A stretch of 64,000 bases of DNA, from assembly GCF_964355755.1 (NCBI RefSeq), contig NC_092676.1, forward strand, positions 29,530,871 to 29,594,870, written 5' to 3'. Shown piece after piece: positions 36,701-51,700 of the stretch. Numbering within the stretch: the first letter of the stretch is position 1; each line of letters opens with the position of its first letter. The position numbers and the translations under genes were made by a program. This DNA comes from Antedon mediterranea. Lineage: Eukaryota; Animalia; Echinodermata. The notes under the pieces were generated by a model. That model was given only the letters and a program-made list of their open reading frames with translations, was not told where the DNA came from and did not search any database.

Positions 36701-39700
36701 GTATTTTATAAGCATAAATAATTTTCTATTAATTACATCTGAATGCTGTAAAAAAAATTGCCAGACCAAGAATTAAAAAAAAAAGAATAATATAGTGAAT
36801 CTCTGCAGATAACTGTATTGATTTGTTGTAGTATTTTTTGTTTTATGATTTTTTGACTGGAAATCAATTTGATTTTAAAATGTGTCTATTTAGTATTTAT
36901 TACATCCCAATTTCAGTAAATTGGCATTTTCTCAATTACACTTTATTTATCTTAATTACAGTTTATTTATTGTCAACTATAATAGAAACAGTATTGTACT
37001 ATATTTAATAATAATTAAATATAATTGTATTGTAGTTATCTAAATTTTTTACCAATGTTCCTGCGTAGCTCCAAGGTTGTAGGTATTGTGTGTGTTTTTT
37101 CTGTTTTTATTAGAGTACAGAAGCGTGTAATATTAGTGTGAATAGGTTTGTTGTTCAAAATAAAGCTAGATTTAAATACAAGTAGTTTTATAGTGCAACT
37201 ATATTCATGTATAGTAATTCATTATAGTGGGACTTTGTGTTCTGAAAATCCGTGTAGTCTGCATTAGAAGCACTATGTAGTATTTGGAGAGGCAAATTTG
37301 TTTTGTTTTGTGAAGGAAATAAAGCGTCTTTTAAAGGCTGGTTCATTGTGACCAGCTCAATGCCTTCCTGTCTGTATGGCCTTGCTAGGCTTATTATGCT
37401 GTTATAAAAAGGCTTGGGTCAGGTTAGGCCAATTTCCCATGTGCTTGAGTTCAAACTAATTAGTCAAGCCATTTAGTTTCTGTTGGCTTAGTTACAATAT
37501 AACCATATTCTTTCTATTCATTTGTACAGTTTAGTATTAACTATTACCTTTTTGATATAAAGGTGTAGTTCTAAGTTTGTAGGACTTATTTAAAGATAAT
37601 TATTCTATTTTATATAAATCCTTAATTTAAATGCTGAAAAAATAAAAAAAATTAAAATAAAATGTAAAATTTATATAACTTAAACAATTTAAATTATATT
37701 TTTATTTGAAAAAAAAATTATTTGCATTAAGATCACAATTTTACACAATATGGATTAATTAGTATTGGATTTGAACCTAGACCTTTAAGTCAAAATGGAA
37801 GAAGCTACTCCAGCTTTAAGGTTGGGTGCTGAAATATTAAAGGGTGTTGACTGAATTTTTAAATATTGCTATTGCTAATATAAGTATTAATGGGTGTCTG
37901 GTAAAAATTAAGGCATGTGAAAAGCTTTGAAATATACAGTAGTGTACTGTAAACTTGTATCTGTACATTTAATTTGCTCACCACCTCCGAACACAGCTAT
38001 TAATATACTGTACATGCTAACCAGCTTTAGCAAACCATGGTTAAAACCTTTACTGAATGACAGTATCGTGATTGTATATATTTATCAATTTTATTGTTTT
38101 GCCCTTTGTGTGGGCAATGTCATTATACAATGATAACACAATAAATAAAAAAATATAGGTCTATCTGTCTATATCACCATAATTCATAATAAAAACTGAT
38201 GTATACACAGGTTTGTTATCTCAAGGATATCGTGTATAGAAAGCAGTGTACTTGACAAGCAAATAATATAATTACAATTATTTCATAATAAGATGTACTA
38301 AAAATAGAATTGTGATAGGGTCATTATAATTACATTTAATAGAAACCACAATGTTGGGGAATCCCTTGTTTTGTTTTATGAGCTATGCTATAAATAGATT
38401 GGTCAATATGGGGTCATTATGATGACCTTTAGAAACCACAATGTTGGGAAATCCCTTGTTTTGTAATCTTTTACTAACCTAATTGCCAAATTGATAATGG
38501 TAGTAAGAAATCCCATTGTTGTGACCTCATAAAAAGCCATAAAACATATTAATTGCCAAGTTACCTTTTATATTATTTTGAATATCTCGTTTTATTATTA
38601 GGTCGTCAAAAAATATTTAAACTGTCTAGAAATTCCAAAACATCTTTTTTAATGACACAATAATAGTTAAATTACGTCGATAATGAAATAATATAAGCTA
38701 AAAATTCATACCTAGAATGCGTATTCATAAACATTATTTTAATAGTTATCTCGTTCATTTATTGATTTTCTCAGTTTTTAAAAATAATCTCAATATTTTA
38801 AATGTAAATGCATTTGCACTTTAAACAACAAGTTTACTCGTACTATTAATAAAGCGTGAAATAAGTCTTATGATGAATGCACATCACATTTATCTAGATC
38901 ACTTAGATTGAATGTTTTCTAATATCAATTTCGTTCTCTCTTGGATTACCTATTGCATTTAACGATACATAATAAACTCAAGTATTTTGCAATATAATCC
39001 TTTTCTCTTAAAGTGCAATTTTCATCTTCAATTTATTTTTTTAAACTGGTTTATATTGTATCATGTACTGTAGGTGAATTTTCACACACGTTATGTTCAA
39101 AACATTTATGTTTTTGTCGGTAGTTTATCTGATTCACGACTTAAAAACAAATGTTAAAGAATATAATATCATAGAAACATGTGTATGTTCATATAAGGTT
39201 TCTAAAGCTAGTAATATTTGCATGATTTATTTGTAGAAATGTGTAGATGCTAGGCTGAGAACAAACATTTTGCATATAAATATCAGTCTGAATTTATATT
39301 ATTAGTTCATTAATGAAATGTATATGGAAACAGAATGAATAGTTAGTGTGTTTGTAGAACCTTGTCATCTGCTTTATGAATCTTCAACAAGAAAATGTAC
39401 GGACCTTGCTTCATAATTTTTAAATTAAAGCATGCTTTGGTAAAAAATGAAATGAATGTCGTACACAATGCAAATTGAATGTTTTACAGGGAACCCCTAT
39501 CGAATCTAGCTCAAGAGCTTGTAGGGTTTTCCACTTTCTCTCATCCTGTCATTTGTATAAATGTATTTGTACAGTCAACTCTCCCAATACTGGACTCTCT
39601 GAAAACTGGAAACTCTCCCAATATGAGACTTTTCTTGGAAGCTAAACAGTCCTAAATTCATTTTTACCATTAATAACATGTTTTGAATACCAGACTTTCT

Positions 39701-42700
39701 GGGAAATCAGACATATTTCACCAGCCTAAAGGTGTCCGGTATTGGGAGAGTTGATGAATAAAAAACAGCTAATTATGACCAGTTTTGTATCTTTTAAAAT
39801 CGCCATTTGATGAAGCGAATACAAATTTTGTTTTTAAACTACAAAAAGCTTAGAAAATGGTAATCAGCAATCTAGTAGGTGTATTTGAATATTTAATGGT
39901 TTCTCATTGATATTTCATGAACGTAGCAGTTAACGGCTAATGAATATTTACAGTAACTACAGGAGACTGTTTATTCGCTCCTGTACGCCACAATACGGTG
40001 AAACGAATGTTATTAAACATTATATAGCTCAAATGTGAGAACTGATAAGACAAAAAGTCAAACATCCAAAATATTTTCAATATATCCACCCTAAAAATCC
40101 AATAAGTTTCACATTTTTAATTAAACTTTCAATTTTCACTGTAAATATTGTACATTGAAAGGTAATTTTTTCCCATCATAGCATATCTTGGCTGTTATGC
40201 ATTGCAAAATACTTTGTGCCTCATATAATAGTTTGAAGGGGTCAAACTGTAAATCATGATGCTGCTGAAGAAAGTTACCATAGCAACTACATCATTGTAT
40301 TTCCTTGGTAAAGTGCAGAGTAGTATGCTCACAGGCCATCTATGTGTAGTTGACTCAACTTCCTTTATGGAATCTACCATTTTCTAAATGGGTAACTAAA
40401 TCAATGTGCAATTAAATAGGAATGTACCATTATTATCAGAGGGGTAAAAAGATGATCACATGCTTTTAGAATAGATTCTGTAGTTCTATTGTGTGTAGAA
40501 TATTGCTTCCTGCTATAAAGTATTGCAAATGCGTTTACTAATGCCGTGCCTTGGTAGATGATTGATATTAAAGACAACACATTATATTTAGAAACACAAT
40601 ATCCACTATAGAGATAATATTATATTTTGAAATACGTAAATTGTTTTAAAACATGAAAAACAAAAATCATGATGGTGGTAGCTTAGTTTGTAGATTCAAA
40701 TATATCATTTTGGAAAATAATTATACATTTCATTTTTAAAAATAATAAAAATGTTGTTATATTATGTTTATTATTCTTGCATACAGTCAACTTTCTCAAT
40801 ACTGAACTCCAACGCAAAAACTCCAAAAGCAAGACTGTTTAATTTTTTATACTAGAACACATTCAAAATACCAGAGTTTGTTAAAAATCCAGACATATGC
40901 TAGCCCAAGTGTAGCATTGGGAGAGTTGATTGTATTTCCATTAAAAAAAAAAATTAAAAGCACAAAAATATAATATTTACATTTTTTTTTTTTGCAGGAA
41001 GTGGAAAATGCTGGAGTAGAAGATGGAGGAACAGGTAACAGTGATTTCAATCAGACGGCGGGGACGTCTATCGCTCCTTCACAACAAAGTGATTCGTTTT
41101 CACAATCTTCTCAATCGCCTCACTTACATCCTACAGTGTCTGCGCTAAGGCCGTCGCCGTCCCCAGTCGGCTCCCCTTCTAGTCACATGTCAAGGTCGTC
41201 AGTCTCTCCTGCTAGTATACAAGGTAATCATCATCTTTCCTTTCTTTTTGTTTAAATTGGTTAATGAAGAAAGCAGGTTTTGTATGTAATAATTATACCT
41301 ATTTCAGTCGAATCTCCCAATACAAGACTCTCTAAAAACCATAAAAAAAAAAAAAAAAATTTGTTCGTGCTCCAAAATGTTCCATTAAAAATGCATTCCG
41401 AATACCAGACTTTCCAGAAAACCAGACATATTTGGCCAGCCTAAAGTTGTTCGGTATTGGAAGAATTGACTGTATAACGTCGGCCAGTTATAGATACCGA
41501 AATTCATAATTCATGAACCATCATCTTTATTAATTATAAGGGATACGGCTAGCTTTATCATTGCCATTGTCTAGAGGGATTTTGTTTTTGGTACCGTACA
41601 GTATGGCTGCCCATGTTTGTAACTCTGTTAATTTCTTGAACCCACCCACCTTATATTTTAACCAAGCTTCTTTAGATAAGTTGTTGCTACATCCGTTTAT
41701 AGAAAATAGCATCTAACAATTAAACCACCTTTTCCTGGTTATGAATCAAAACATGTCTAGAGCAATATTAATTTAGCTGCGGAATTTCCTTCAACGTAAT
41801 TGCACTATTTAAATTCATCCTCTTTCACATCGGATACATTTGCACCAAAAAAAAGCCAATCTCGGTAGAATTAATGGATATGGCTCAAATGTAATACTTA
41901 AACGATGTTTTGTTGATAACCTTTGTAAAATGTGTGTTTGAAAAATGGAAAGAATTGTTATAATGATTGTCTACTGCTACTAAAATACCTCAATACCTTA
42001 GTATTACATTTTTTAATAATATGTAATTACTATTTAATAATATGTAATTACTATTTAATAATAGTAGGACGAAAACAAATATCTATGATTACTACTGTAC
42101 ATTTTTAATTTTATTTTTCTCCTGTTTTATTATTGAATGTCTCAAGAAATTGTAATAATTCAGTGTTTCTTTCAAAGGTGTTTGTAGCTAAGTAAAATAA
42201 AATCTTGATACAAAAAAAAAAAAAATCATGAAAAAAAATATTATAAAATTAATATCTTCATTTTTCATGCAAAATTACAAATATATAAATTTACGTTATA
42301 TTGTTATATGTTTAAACATTCTTAATTTGACGTTTAAACATTATTAATATGTTTAAGCCTTATTTATATGACGTTTAAACATTATTAATATGTTTAAGCC
42401 TTATTAATATATTTTTCGCTGTTTAATTTTGACTAAATGAATTTTAGTACAAGTTAATAATGTCTTGAAATTAGTAAATATTCAGTGAGTATAAAGCGAA
42501 TGAAGAAACGATTGATTACTATGATAATGCAGTCCCCGGAGTGAGTTCATTATTCCCTTTCAGAAAGCTAGTATTAAGCGTTCATTGGCTTAGCTAACCA
42601 AGCTGATTAAGCAATGAACAATTTATACCATAGGTGAATAGGTTGTTGTATGTGGTACAATATCATTGTATAGACTAGTACACTATGAATTATAAACATG

Positions 42701-45700
42701 TATTAATTAATATAGTGATTACGGTTATTAAATCATGTCATTTTTTATATACTGTAGGTTAAATATATTTTTGTAGCTTTATTGATAATTTATTATCCCC
42801 TGTCTTGTCTTCTACGCTTGATCTTAGTACCTTACAGTAAAATTAAGAAAAAACTTAAATATTTATTGACTTAATTAAGTAAAAAACTTAGTATTTAAGG
42901 AAAATATCTCACTAAATGCAGCAAGATATCCCTTTGTTTTTTGCTTTTCAGTTCTTAATTAATAACTAACTAAAAAAAGGGAACATTTAATTATTTGGTT
43001 TATAGAATTTCCAATTTCTTATTTTGGATATAAAATTAAAGACTTTTCAATTTTGTTTCCCTATAGCAATAAGAGCATTTTATTATTTACGACAATTAAC
43101 ATTTTTGTTTAAAAGGACTGTAAAAAACCTTATGTCAGTATTAAACTTACAAGGTTAGAATGTGCGACAGGATGATAGAAATTGTATTTATACACTAACT
43201 AATAGTTACTATCCATCTTTGTAGGTGGCTCTATAACGCCTCAGCCTATGCCACCACCACCTGCCAGCCAATCAGATTCTCCGATGACTCAAATGAACCA
43301 ATCCCCAATGAGTTCTCAAGAAAGAGGTATATAACAGTTTTGATTATTGGCTGCATTTACTTGGTTATGTTTCTACTTACATACCGTATGAATTGAACCA
43401 AGATTTTATTTGTATTGCGAACTCCATTAACACATTGCAATTGTGCCATTTTCTATTGAGTTTTAGAATTGCATGTTATTTAGATTATTATTTTATAATT
43501 TGTTTTTCTAACCAGTTTGGTTTGTGATCATTTAAGGGTGACCTGGAATCTTTAGTCCTATTTTGGTCCCAAAATAAATTCAAATCTTTAAATAAGATAC
43601 AAAAAGAAAGGGGAAAAAAAAAATTAATTTTGATTTTAAGGGTTTATTAGTTGCCTACTTTTTTTTTCTTTTAATTCTTCTTCGAATTAGGTTTTAATAG
43701 TGACATGTCTTCAGGGCACCAGATGCCGATGTCAGGGTACCCTAACCAACAGCAACACATGAGATCAAATGTTCATGGTACATTCCCTTCATACGCTGGC
43801 ATGTTGCCCAATCAACCAATGGGCAGTTTTTCCCAGGGAGGTAGTAGTAACCCCCCTTACGGTGGTCAAGGAACACCAGCACCAATTCAACAAGGTTGGT
43901 TATTTCACTTTGTGTGTAATCAATGGTGGATGATGCAGGGAGAGGGGTAATTTGGGTGACCTTGGCCCCATGATTGGTAGACAGATAAATCTTTGAGATG
44001 GGTGTCTTATACACATTAGCCCCATGATGGGGCATAAAATTGCACTATTAACTAAATGATGATAGATCTGATCATTATATTAATGTGATTTATCGGGTGC
44101 AATATAACTGATTTATCGGGTGCAATATAACTGATTTATCGGGTGCAATATAACTGATTTATCGGGTGCAACTATGGTGGTGATAATGCACGTTAATTTA
44201 GTTGTGAGGTTGTTAACCCCTAACTGTTACCATTGACCCGTATCTACTTTGTCTTACTAATTTGTACACGGTTTAATAGTAGCACTTACCGGTGGCACTG
44301 CTCATAAAATAGTTAAAATTCACAATTGGCATAATTGGTTTATTCAAGGTGAATTGCTATGTACACTGTATGTTTGCTGTATACACTTCAGTTTTTAACC
44401 ATTTTTTATTTATTATTTTTTACGCTTGAATAAACCTTGATTTGTGGTATTTATTATTTGGATTTGACTGAAAGTTATCCATCCTTCGTATTTATTTTAT
44501 TTCATTTATTTTTCTTGCATTTAATTATTTTTCATTTTTTGCTAATATTCATCCTGCTGTACTGTATGCTACATTTGCATTTCTATATATGTTATTTTTA
44601 ATACAACATGTTATTATAATGAATAATATAATCTTTTGCATTTATTTCCTAGGTAACATGGGAAGACCTCAAATGATGGGTGGATATGATGGTTACAGCT
44701 CTACTCCAAATATGCCTGGTGGTCCAAATATGGCATCCAATATGCCTGGTGGTCCAAATATGCCATCAAATATGCCTGGTGGTCCAAATATGGCATCTAG
44801 TATGCCTGGTGGTCCAAATATGGCATCTAGTATGCCTGGTGGTCCAAATATGCCATCAAATATGCCTGGTGGTCCAAATATGCCATCAAATTTGCCTCTT
44901 GGTCCAAATATGCCGGGTGGTCCAAATATGCCATCAAATATGCCGGGTGGTCCAAATATGGCATCCAATATGCCTGGTGGTCCAAATATGCCATCAAATA
45001 TGCCGGGTGGTCCAAATATGGCATCCAATATGCCTGGTGGTCCAAATATGCCATTAAATATGCCGGGTGGTCCAAATATGGCATCTAATATGCCTGGTGG
45101 TCCTAACATGATGGGCAATCCCAACATGGCTAGTGGTCCTAACATGATGGGCAATCCCAACATGGCTAGTGGTCCAAATATGGCGAGTGGTGGAAACATG
45201 GGAGGCAGTCCAAGCATGGTTGGCAATCCGAATATGGCTGGCGGTCCGAATATGACGGGCAGTTCGAATATTCCTGGTGGCCCAATGATGACAGGCATAC
45301 CACCTGGTTCCAACAATTCTACAGGAGAATCAATGACTCATGGTAACGTAGATGAACTGAACTCACAATTCCCTGGCTACAACTCCGGCATGCCACCTGC
45401 TTCAATGAAAAGCCCTCGAGGACAAAATACCTTCCCAAGGAATGATGCACAAGGACCTCCCAATGCAGCAGCTGGAGCTGCGGCTGAAACCCCTACAAGT
45501 ATGAGAGGTGCACAGGCAGCTGCTGCAGCCGCCGTCTTAGCTGCAGCCAACAGCGCTAGTAAATTTCGAAGCCCTGGAACGCAGAATACAAGAATGCCCT
45601 TACCCAATAGGTTTCCACCAGGAGGGACACCACCGGGAGGCGTTCCACCGGGAGGCGTTCCACCGGGAGGCGTTCCTCCGGGAGGCGTTCCACCGGGAGG

Positions 45701-48700
45701 CGTTCCACCGGGAGGCGTTCCACCGGGAGGGGGACCAGGTTTTGGTGGATGGCCTACACCTGGACCTGGTGGTGCAGTACAAGGTGGACAGATGCCAAAT
45801 AGGATGGCTATAGAAAATGGTATGCCAGGTATGTGATTGTAACAATAATTTTAATTGTTTACATTGTATTGTTTTGATTACCTTACTTTACCTAACCTCT
45901 TTTGGTCTTGTGTCACATAAGGCTGCAGTGGCAATTTTCCAGTTGGTTCTATCAGCAATTTGTTTTGCTTCGTTCTATTCCATGTTCTCCATCCAAGATA
46001 TTCTCTCTCTTTTTCCACTGTTCTCCACCATGTTGTTTTGGGCCGTCCAACTCTTCCTGCCTTCTGGTTTCATAGCTGTCAGACATTGACTGACTATTGG
46101 ATCATTTTGTTAACGTTTTATATTAATTCTCCTTTTTTCAGAGAAAGCTAGTCCAACGCACATACCAGATAATGATTTTAAGCAAGAAATTATAATGAAA
46201 CAAGAAAATGTAATGATGTCAGAAGGAGGAGATACGAATAGCTTACCCACCATTAAAGAGGAACCATCAGAAACTCAGAAAGATAGCAAAAAGGTACACT
46301 ACACTATCAAATTTTATGTGACAACAAATGCAATGTGCCCATATATGAACATGATGTCATATCACATCACCATATTTGAGCATATCACTACAATATTTGG
46401 GCACATCACACCTTTTTTTGTCACATAAAGTGTAGAGCTTTAAATAAAAAAAAAAAGAACCCAACACGACCATATCTTGTCTGATTTATATCAATGTGTT
46501 TAAACATTAGCACACTTAAAACCAACAATTATAATTGTTATCAAATAAGATAAATTAAAAATGTAAAGCTCTGTCTACACAATTGAACTTTATGTGACAA
46601 AATGTGAAGTCATGTGCCCATATATGGATACGCAATGTCATATCACTACCATATTTGGGCATATCACTACCATATTTGTGCACATCACACTTTTGTCAAA
46701 CTAGTTTGATAGTGTAGACAGAGCTCTAGGATAATCTGGGCTTATTCTCTGTGTGTGGGCTTGTTCCTGAAAGTCTCATATCCCAGGGTGGGCTTATAGA
46801 TGGCTTCTGTCGTCACAATATTGTACATATTTTGTATATTGCCTCATTTCACAGATGGAAGGTTTCTGCAGATCGTCTCCTATTACGTCATCTGGGGACG
46901 AAACTAAGTCATCGCAAGACAACAACAAGGAAGTGAATGATATCAAACCACCGGCTGTGAAAAGAGAGAAGAAAGATCCCAACCACAATAAGGTAAAAAC
47001 CATTATAACGCATCGTATCCTTGCCATTTTAATTTGCATCATGTTTCATGAATTATTTCCTCACATTGGGGATGCCATTGCACTGTCAAATTTTTACAAA
47101 TTTAAGAACAGTATTTGTGTTTTATATAAGCATATTAATGTTTAAAAAAAATTAAATTACGATATTTCCATTCGTTTTCCGATTGTTCCCGCCCCACCTC
47201 TTCAATTAAAACAGCCAATCTTTTAACTTATACTCTTCCCATTCTACTGTTATTTTATGTTATATTGAAGACTGGAACATTGCCCTTGATCCAGATTTTA
47301 CTTTCGAAGAATAAATTTACTTCGAATAATATGAATTATATCACAAAATAATGTCAATTTCACATATTTAAACTGTTCATTTAAATAAATCATTAAAATT
47401 TCTTTGGTTATTTTTACATAATAATTTATTTCTAAAAACGATTAAAATCCATAAATATGACATGATTATATTTTGGTGTACAAAATGACGCGTTGGGGCT
47501 GATAATCAGCGTAGGTGCTTAAAACCTCACCTTTCTCTTGTTGGACATCTTTTAAATCCTTAAGTTGTAAATTTGTATTATAATATTTATTTTGCAGATT
47601 GAAAGAGTATATGATTTATGCGACAACCCGGAGAGAAAGCCTTTCTTAGATACGTTAGTAAAACTCATGGAAGCTAAAGGAGAACCAATCGGCTCCTTAC
47701 CCACCGGTCATTATGGCATTCTAGATTTATTTAAATTATACAAGGAAGTTCAAGATAAAGGAGGCTTGGCTGAAGTAAATTACTCATTCAATTATTAAAT
47801 AAATTGTTAATTACAGAAAAATACATTGAAATGCCAAGGATTGTCAAAATGATATAATCGCTGTTGGACACTTTCTTTTTAAAAACATATATAATTGTAA
47901 ATAAGCAAACAAAAATAAAAATGAATGTGACAAAAATAAAATAAAAGCTTAAAGATTTATTTATTTAATATAAGTTACCAATTGAATGTCATTGAACAAT
48001 TTTCTGTTTACCCCCTGTGTAGGTGTCAAAGAACAAATTATGGAAAGAAATTGCAAACATTTTGCATTTTGGAACAACAAACCATTCAGGATACTCATTA
48101 AAAAGACATTATGAGAAGTTTTTATTACCGTATGAGCGAGAACATGGCAGTTTGAAACGTATATTAGCAGATACCCACCATTCTAACTCAAACAACTCGT
48201 CTTCATCTTCACCAGGTATGTCATAGGTCAGAAATATTAAGGGTGGGTTTCGGAAAATTAAGGTTTGGTGTCTGTAAATCGCTTATTCATTCATTCATTT
48301 TTTTCCTTTATTTTTATCCATTACAAATCATACAAAACAAAAAGAAGAAAAATTTCACAAGGAACAATAGCAACTTCCACAAAAACAACATATAATATCG
48401 TAAAATATCCACCAATGTAGGTTGTATTGTGGTTATAAAGATGTTTATAGGATTACAAAAAAATTATTTATCAATTAAATAAATCAGTCATGAAGATGGT
48501 TTTTGTTTAGATATTGGAAACTCAATTTCAAAATTTTAAAGGTAACAATCTTCTTGCCAAATTATAATGGATTAATTGTTGTTGTTTATAGGAATGAATT
48601 CCATGCCTGATAGCATGTCTAATTTGATAGCTTCGCCAAACATTGACAACTTAAAAAGACCACCGAGTCAATCTTCTCAGCCAGGCACACCGGGAGACTC

Positions 48701-51700
48701 TCGTAGTACCTCATCCCCGATGATGCCTCAACCTCAAATGCCAAATGCTGACCACTCGAAAGACAGTATAACGGTCAGAGATCCGTTTGATGACGCTCTT
48801 CCAAATAACAATGTACCAAGGGTGAACTTTCCAGGACGATCAACCCCAAACGCCTCCGGGGATCCTAACTGGAATAGTTCAGTATCTGGTTCGGAACCAT
48901 TTATGAATAAAATGGGAATGATGAATGCCCAATCGAATGATATGTTCAGACAAAATGCACCTGGAGTACCGCAGGATTCATTTAACAGACGTCCCCCAAT
49001 GCCAACTGGACCTGGTGGAATGGGAGGCAATCAGCTATATGGATCTCAGTTTGATCGCGATAGGTGAGACATATTATTAATTTTTTTTTATAATAGAAAC
49101 AAAATTTATAAGCATCAGCTAATAACCATTAAAGTATTTCAGTTGCTTCAGTGGGCACAATGATGCGAAAACAATGACCAGATCTGAAGCAGGCATTACT
49201 TTCTGTGTGTGACTGTTCAACAACTGGCCAACAAAAATCAATTTCATATTAAAAGTTTTCAGTGCTCAACATATTAGTAACTAATGTGGTAAACTAGTTG
49301 TTGCTTTCTTCCTCAGAATGAATCAAACGGGACCAGTTCCAAATAACATGATTGACCAAGGCATGTTCCCTCCACGATTTGGAGGACCTCGGCAACAAGG
49401 GCCTAGACCTCAGCAGGGCCCAGATGGCTCATACGGTGCACCACCATACCAGTCGCCCTACCCAGGCCAACAATCCCAAGGGATGTACTCAAATGATGGT
49501 GTTCGACCTAACTTCCCACAGAAAAGACCGGTAAGTTGTATTTCAATATAAGTTTATTTTTTAGAACTTGCACAAATGTGTAAACTAAGAATAAATAAAA
49601 AGGTTTTATAATCATCTTCCTATCAGAACCTCATTAGAGTATAGTCGCACATTAAGATCTTTATAAGATTGTTATTAATTATATTACTAGCTGCATTATG
49701 GAAGTATGTTTCCATACTTATTTATTTTATTTATTTAAAACATATTTATACAGGATAAAAACATATCAGGTATAGATGTATCACTTGTTATTTTGTTACC
49801 TATTTTAATTTAGGGTGATATGGTTGGCCCGTCACCGAAACGAGGGCCAGAGTTTATGAACCAAGGAGGCATGATGCCAAGGCCTAATAGTTATCGTGGT
49901 GGAATGCCACACTTCTCACAACAGCAGAACTACCCTCCACAACCTGGTAATTTCCCCGGTGGTGACCCGGGCCTAAACAACCAGGGCCCCTTTGCTAAAG
50001 GAAACCGTGAAAGACACCCATCAGGACCAATGAATGCAACAAGTAAGTGTTTAGATGTTGCATCATAGTTGTTTGACGTCTGTGATGACTCATTTATTCT
50101 CCATAAAAAACAAAGCGTGTGTTGTACAGTAATCCTGTGCTGGTTGCCGTGTATTGTAAACAATAATTTTTTAATTTAAAGGCTGAAAAACTGCCGATTT
50201 AAATAGCTAAAAAACAATAGCATGTACTCTTGTGGTGGAGCGCATGCAAGTTACTGCCTTTAGGAATATATGCTCTCATACACCATTCAAATCGCCTAGA
50301 GTTTGCATCAACACCGTATGGTGTGCACCCCTGTGTGTGGAAACTAGGTGTTTGCTATGTGTTAGGTGTATATGTGTTTGTCTAGCCACGCTATTCTTGT
50401 TTGCAGTGCAACTTGCAGACAACTAGACACCAACTAGTCTTCAGCTGATACTAACTGCATTTGTTTTGACATTTTCTCTTTAGGCATGTATAGTAATCAA
50501 TATCCTGGAGATCATTCTATCCCACCCATTGGGGGAGGACCCAGCATGCCTCTACCAGGACCCCCCAACTCCTGGCCCTCCTGGAGTGACTCTCATTTTC
50601 CTAATTCCTCTCAAGGTGGTCCAAAACGTGACGGTTTAAACGCAATGCGGTTTAGAGACGGTCACGGTCCATCACCATCATGGGGAACCATGCAGCAACG
50701 TCCGGGTGCATCGCCGTATTCGAATGCCTCACCGGGGATGCCGTCTTTCAGCGCCCAGGCTGGAGCACCAAGACTAGCAGCTTTGATGTCAGCCACAAGA
50801 GAGAAACATCACCAGATGCAGCAACATAGCCGGATACGACAACATAGAGGGCACATGAACCAATCACATTTCCAAAAGGAAGTCAGCTTTCCGCCAGGTT
50901 CTGTTGAAGCTAAGCAACCGAATTTGGTGAAAAGACGAAGACTAAAGGCCAAAGACTGTGGTTAGTATTACATTTTACAGGTCAGGTCAGGTCAGGTCAA
51001 AAAATAATAATACAGCCAGCATTAATTATCTTCCAGGATATCATACCTAACTGAAATTCCAGACTTTAGCTGGAGTGAAGAACAGCAGAGTCATTGTAGG
51101 TTTCTTGCTTGTGTTTATTGCCAAACAAAAGGAAGGAAATAGTTGAACCCTTTAAAAAAACAAATATCTTGTCAATGAGAAACATGTTTTATTAATAACT
51201 TTTTTTTATTATCAGGTGCTGTGGAAGCAATGAGGTTAACAATGTGCTTAAAATCTGGATTATTAGCAGAAAGCAAATGGGCTTTGGATATGATGAACAT
51301 TTTACTGTTTGACGACTCAACCGTCATGTACTTTGATCTTAAACAATTGCCAGGATTATTGGAATTAATTATGGACCATTTCAGAGCTTGTCTTGTGCTG
51401 CTGTTTGAGCAATTTGCCGATTTAGAATTAAAATCAACGAAACAATTAGAATGTGAAAGCGATTGTAATAAAAACACAACGTGTGCAACGGACTCGTGTA
51501 GGACTGATGATAATTTGAACGATAGGACTGAGGAATATTCTGAAAAGACTGATCACAGCGACGATGAGTTTCACTCTATGATTCCAGATATAAAATCAAT
51601 AAGAAATATGAACACTTGGAAATTGAAAGGTAGAGATAAGAGCAAGTCTGTTGGTATTGCTCAAGCTCCAGCAGTGTTTTTGGACAATGTGAAAGAATGG

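Noticed and set aside
44693-45316. 207-aa antisense ORF and overlapping alternative-frame ORFs
   Set aside because: Shadows of the stop-free 30-nt coding repeat in ARID1 exon 7.
50080-50190. Possible intronic C/D snoRNA (GTGATGA ... CTGA)
   Set aside because: No terminal stem and no recognisable rRNA guide; such motifs arise by chance in AT-rich introns.
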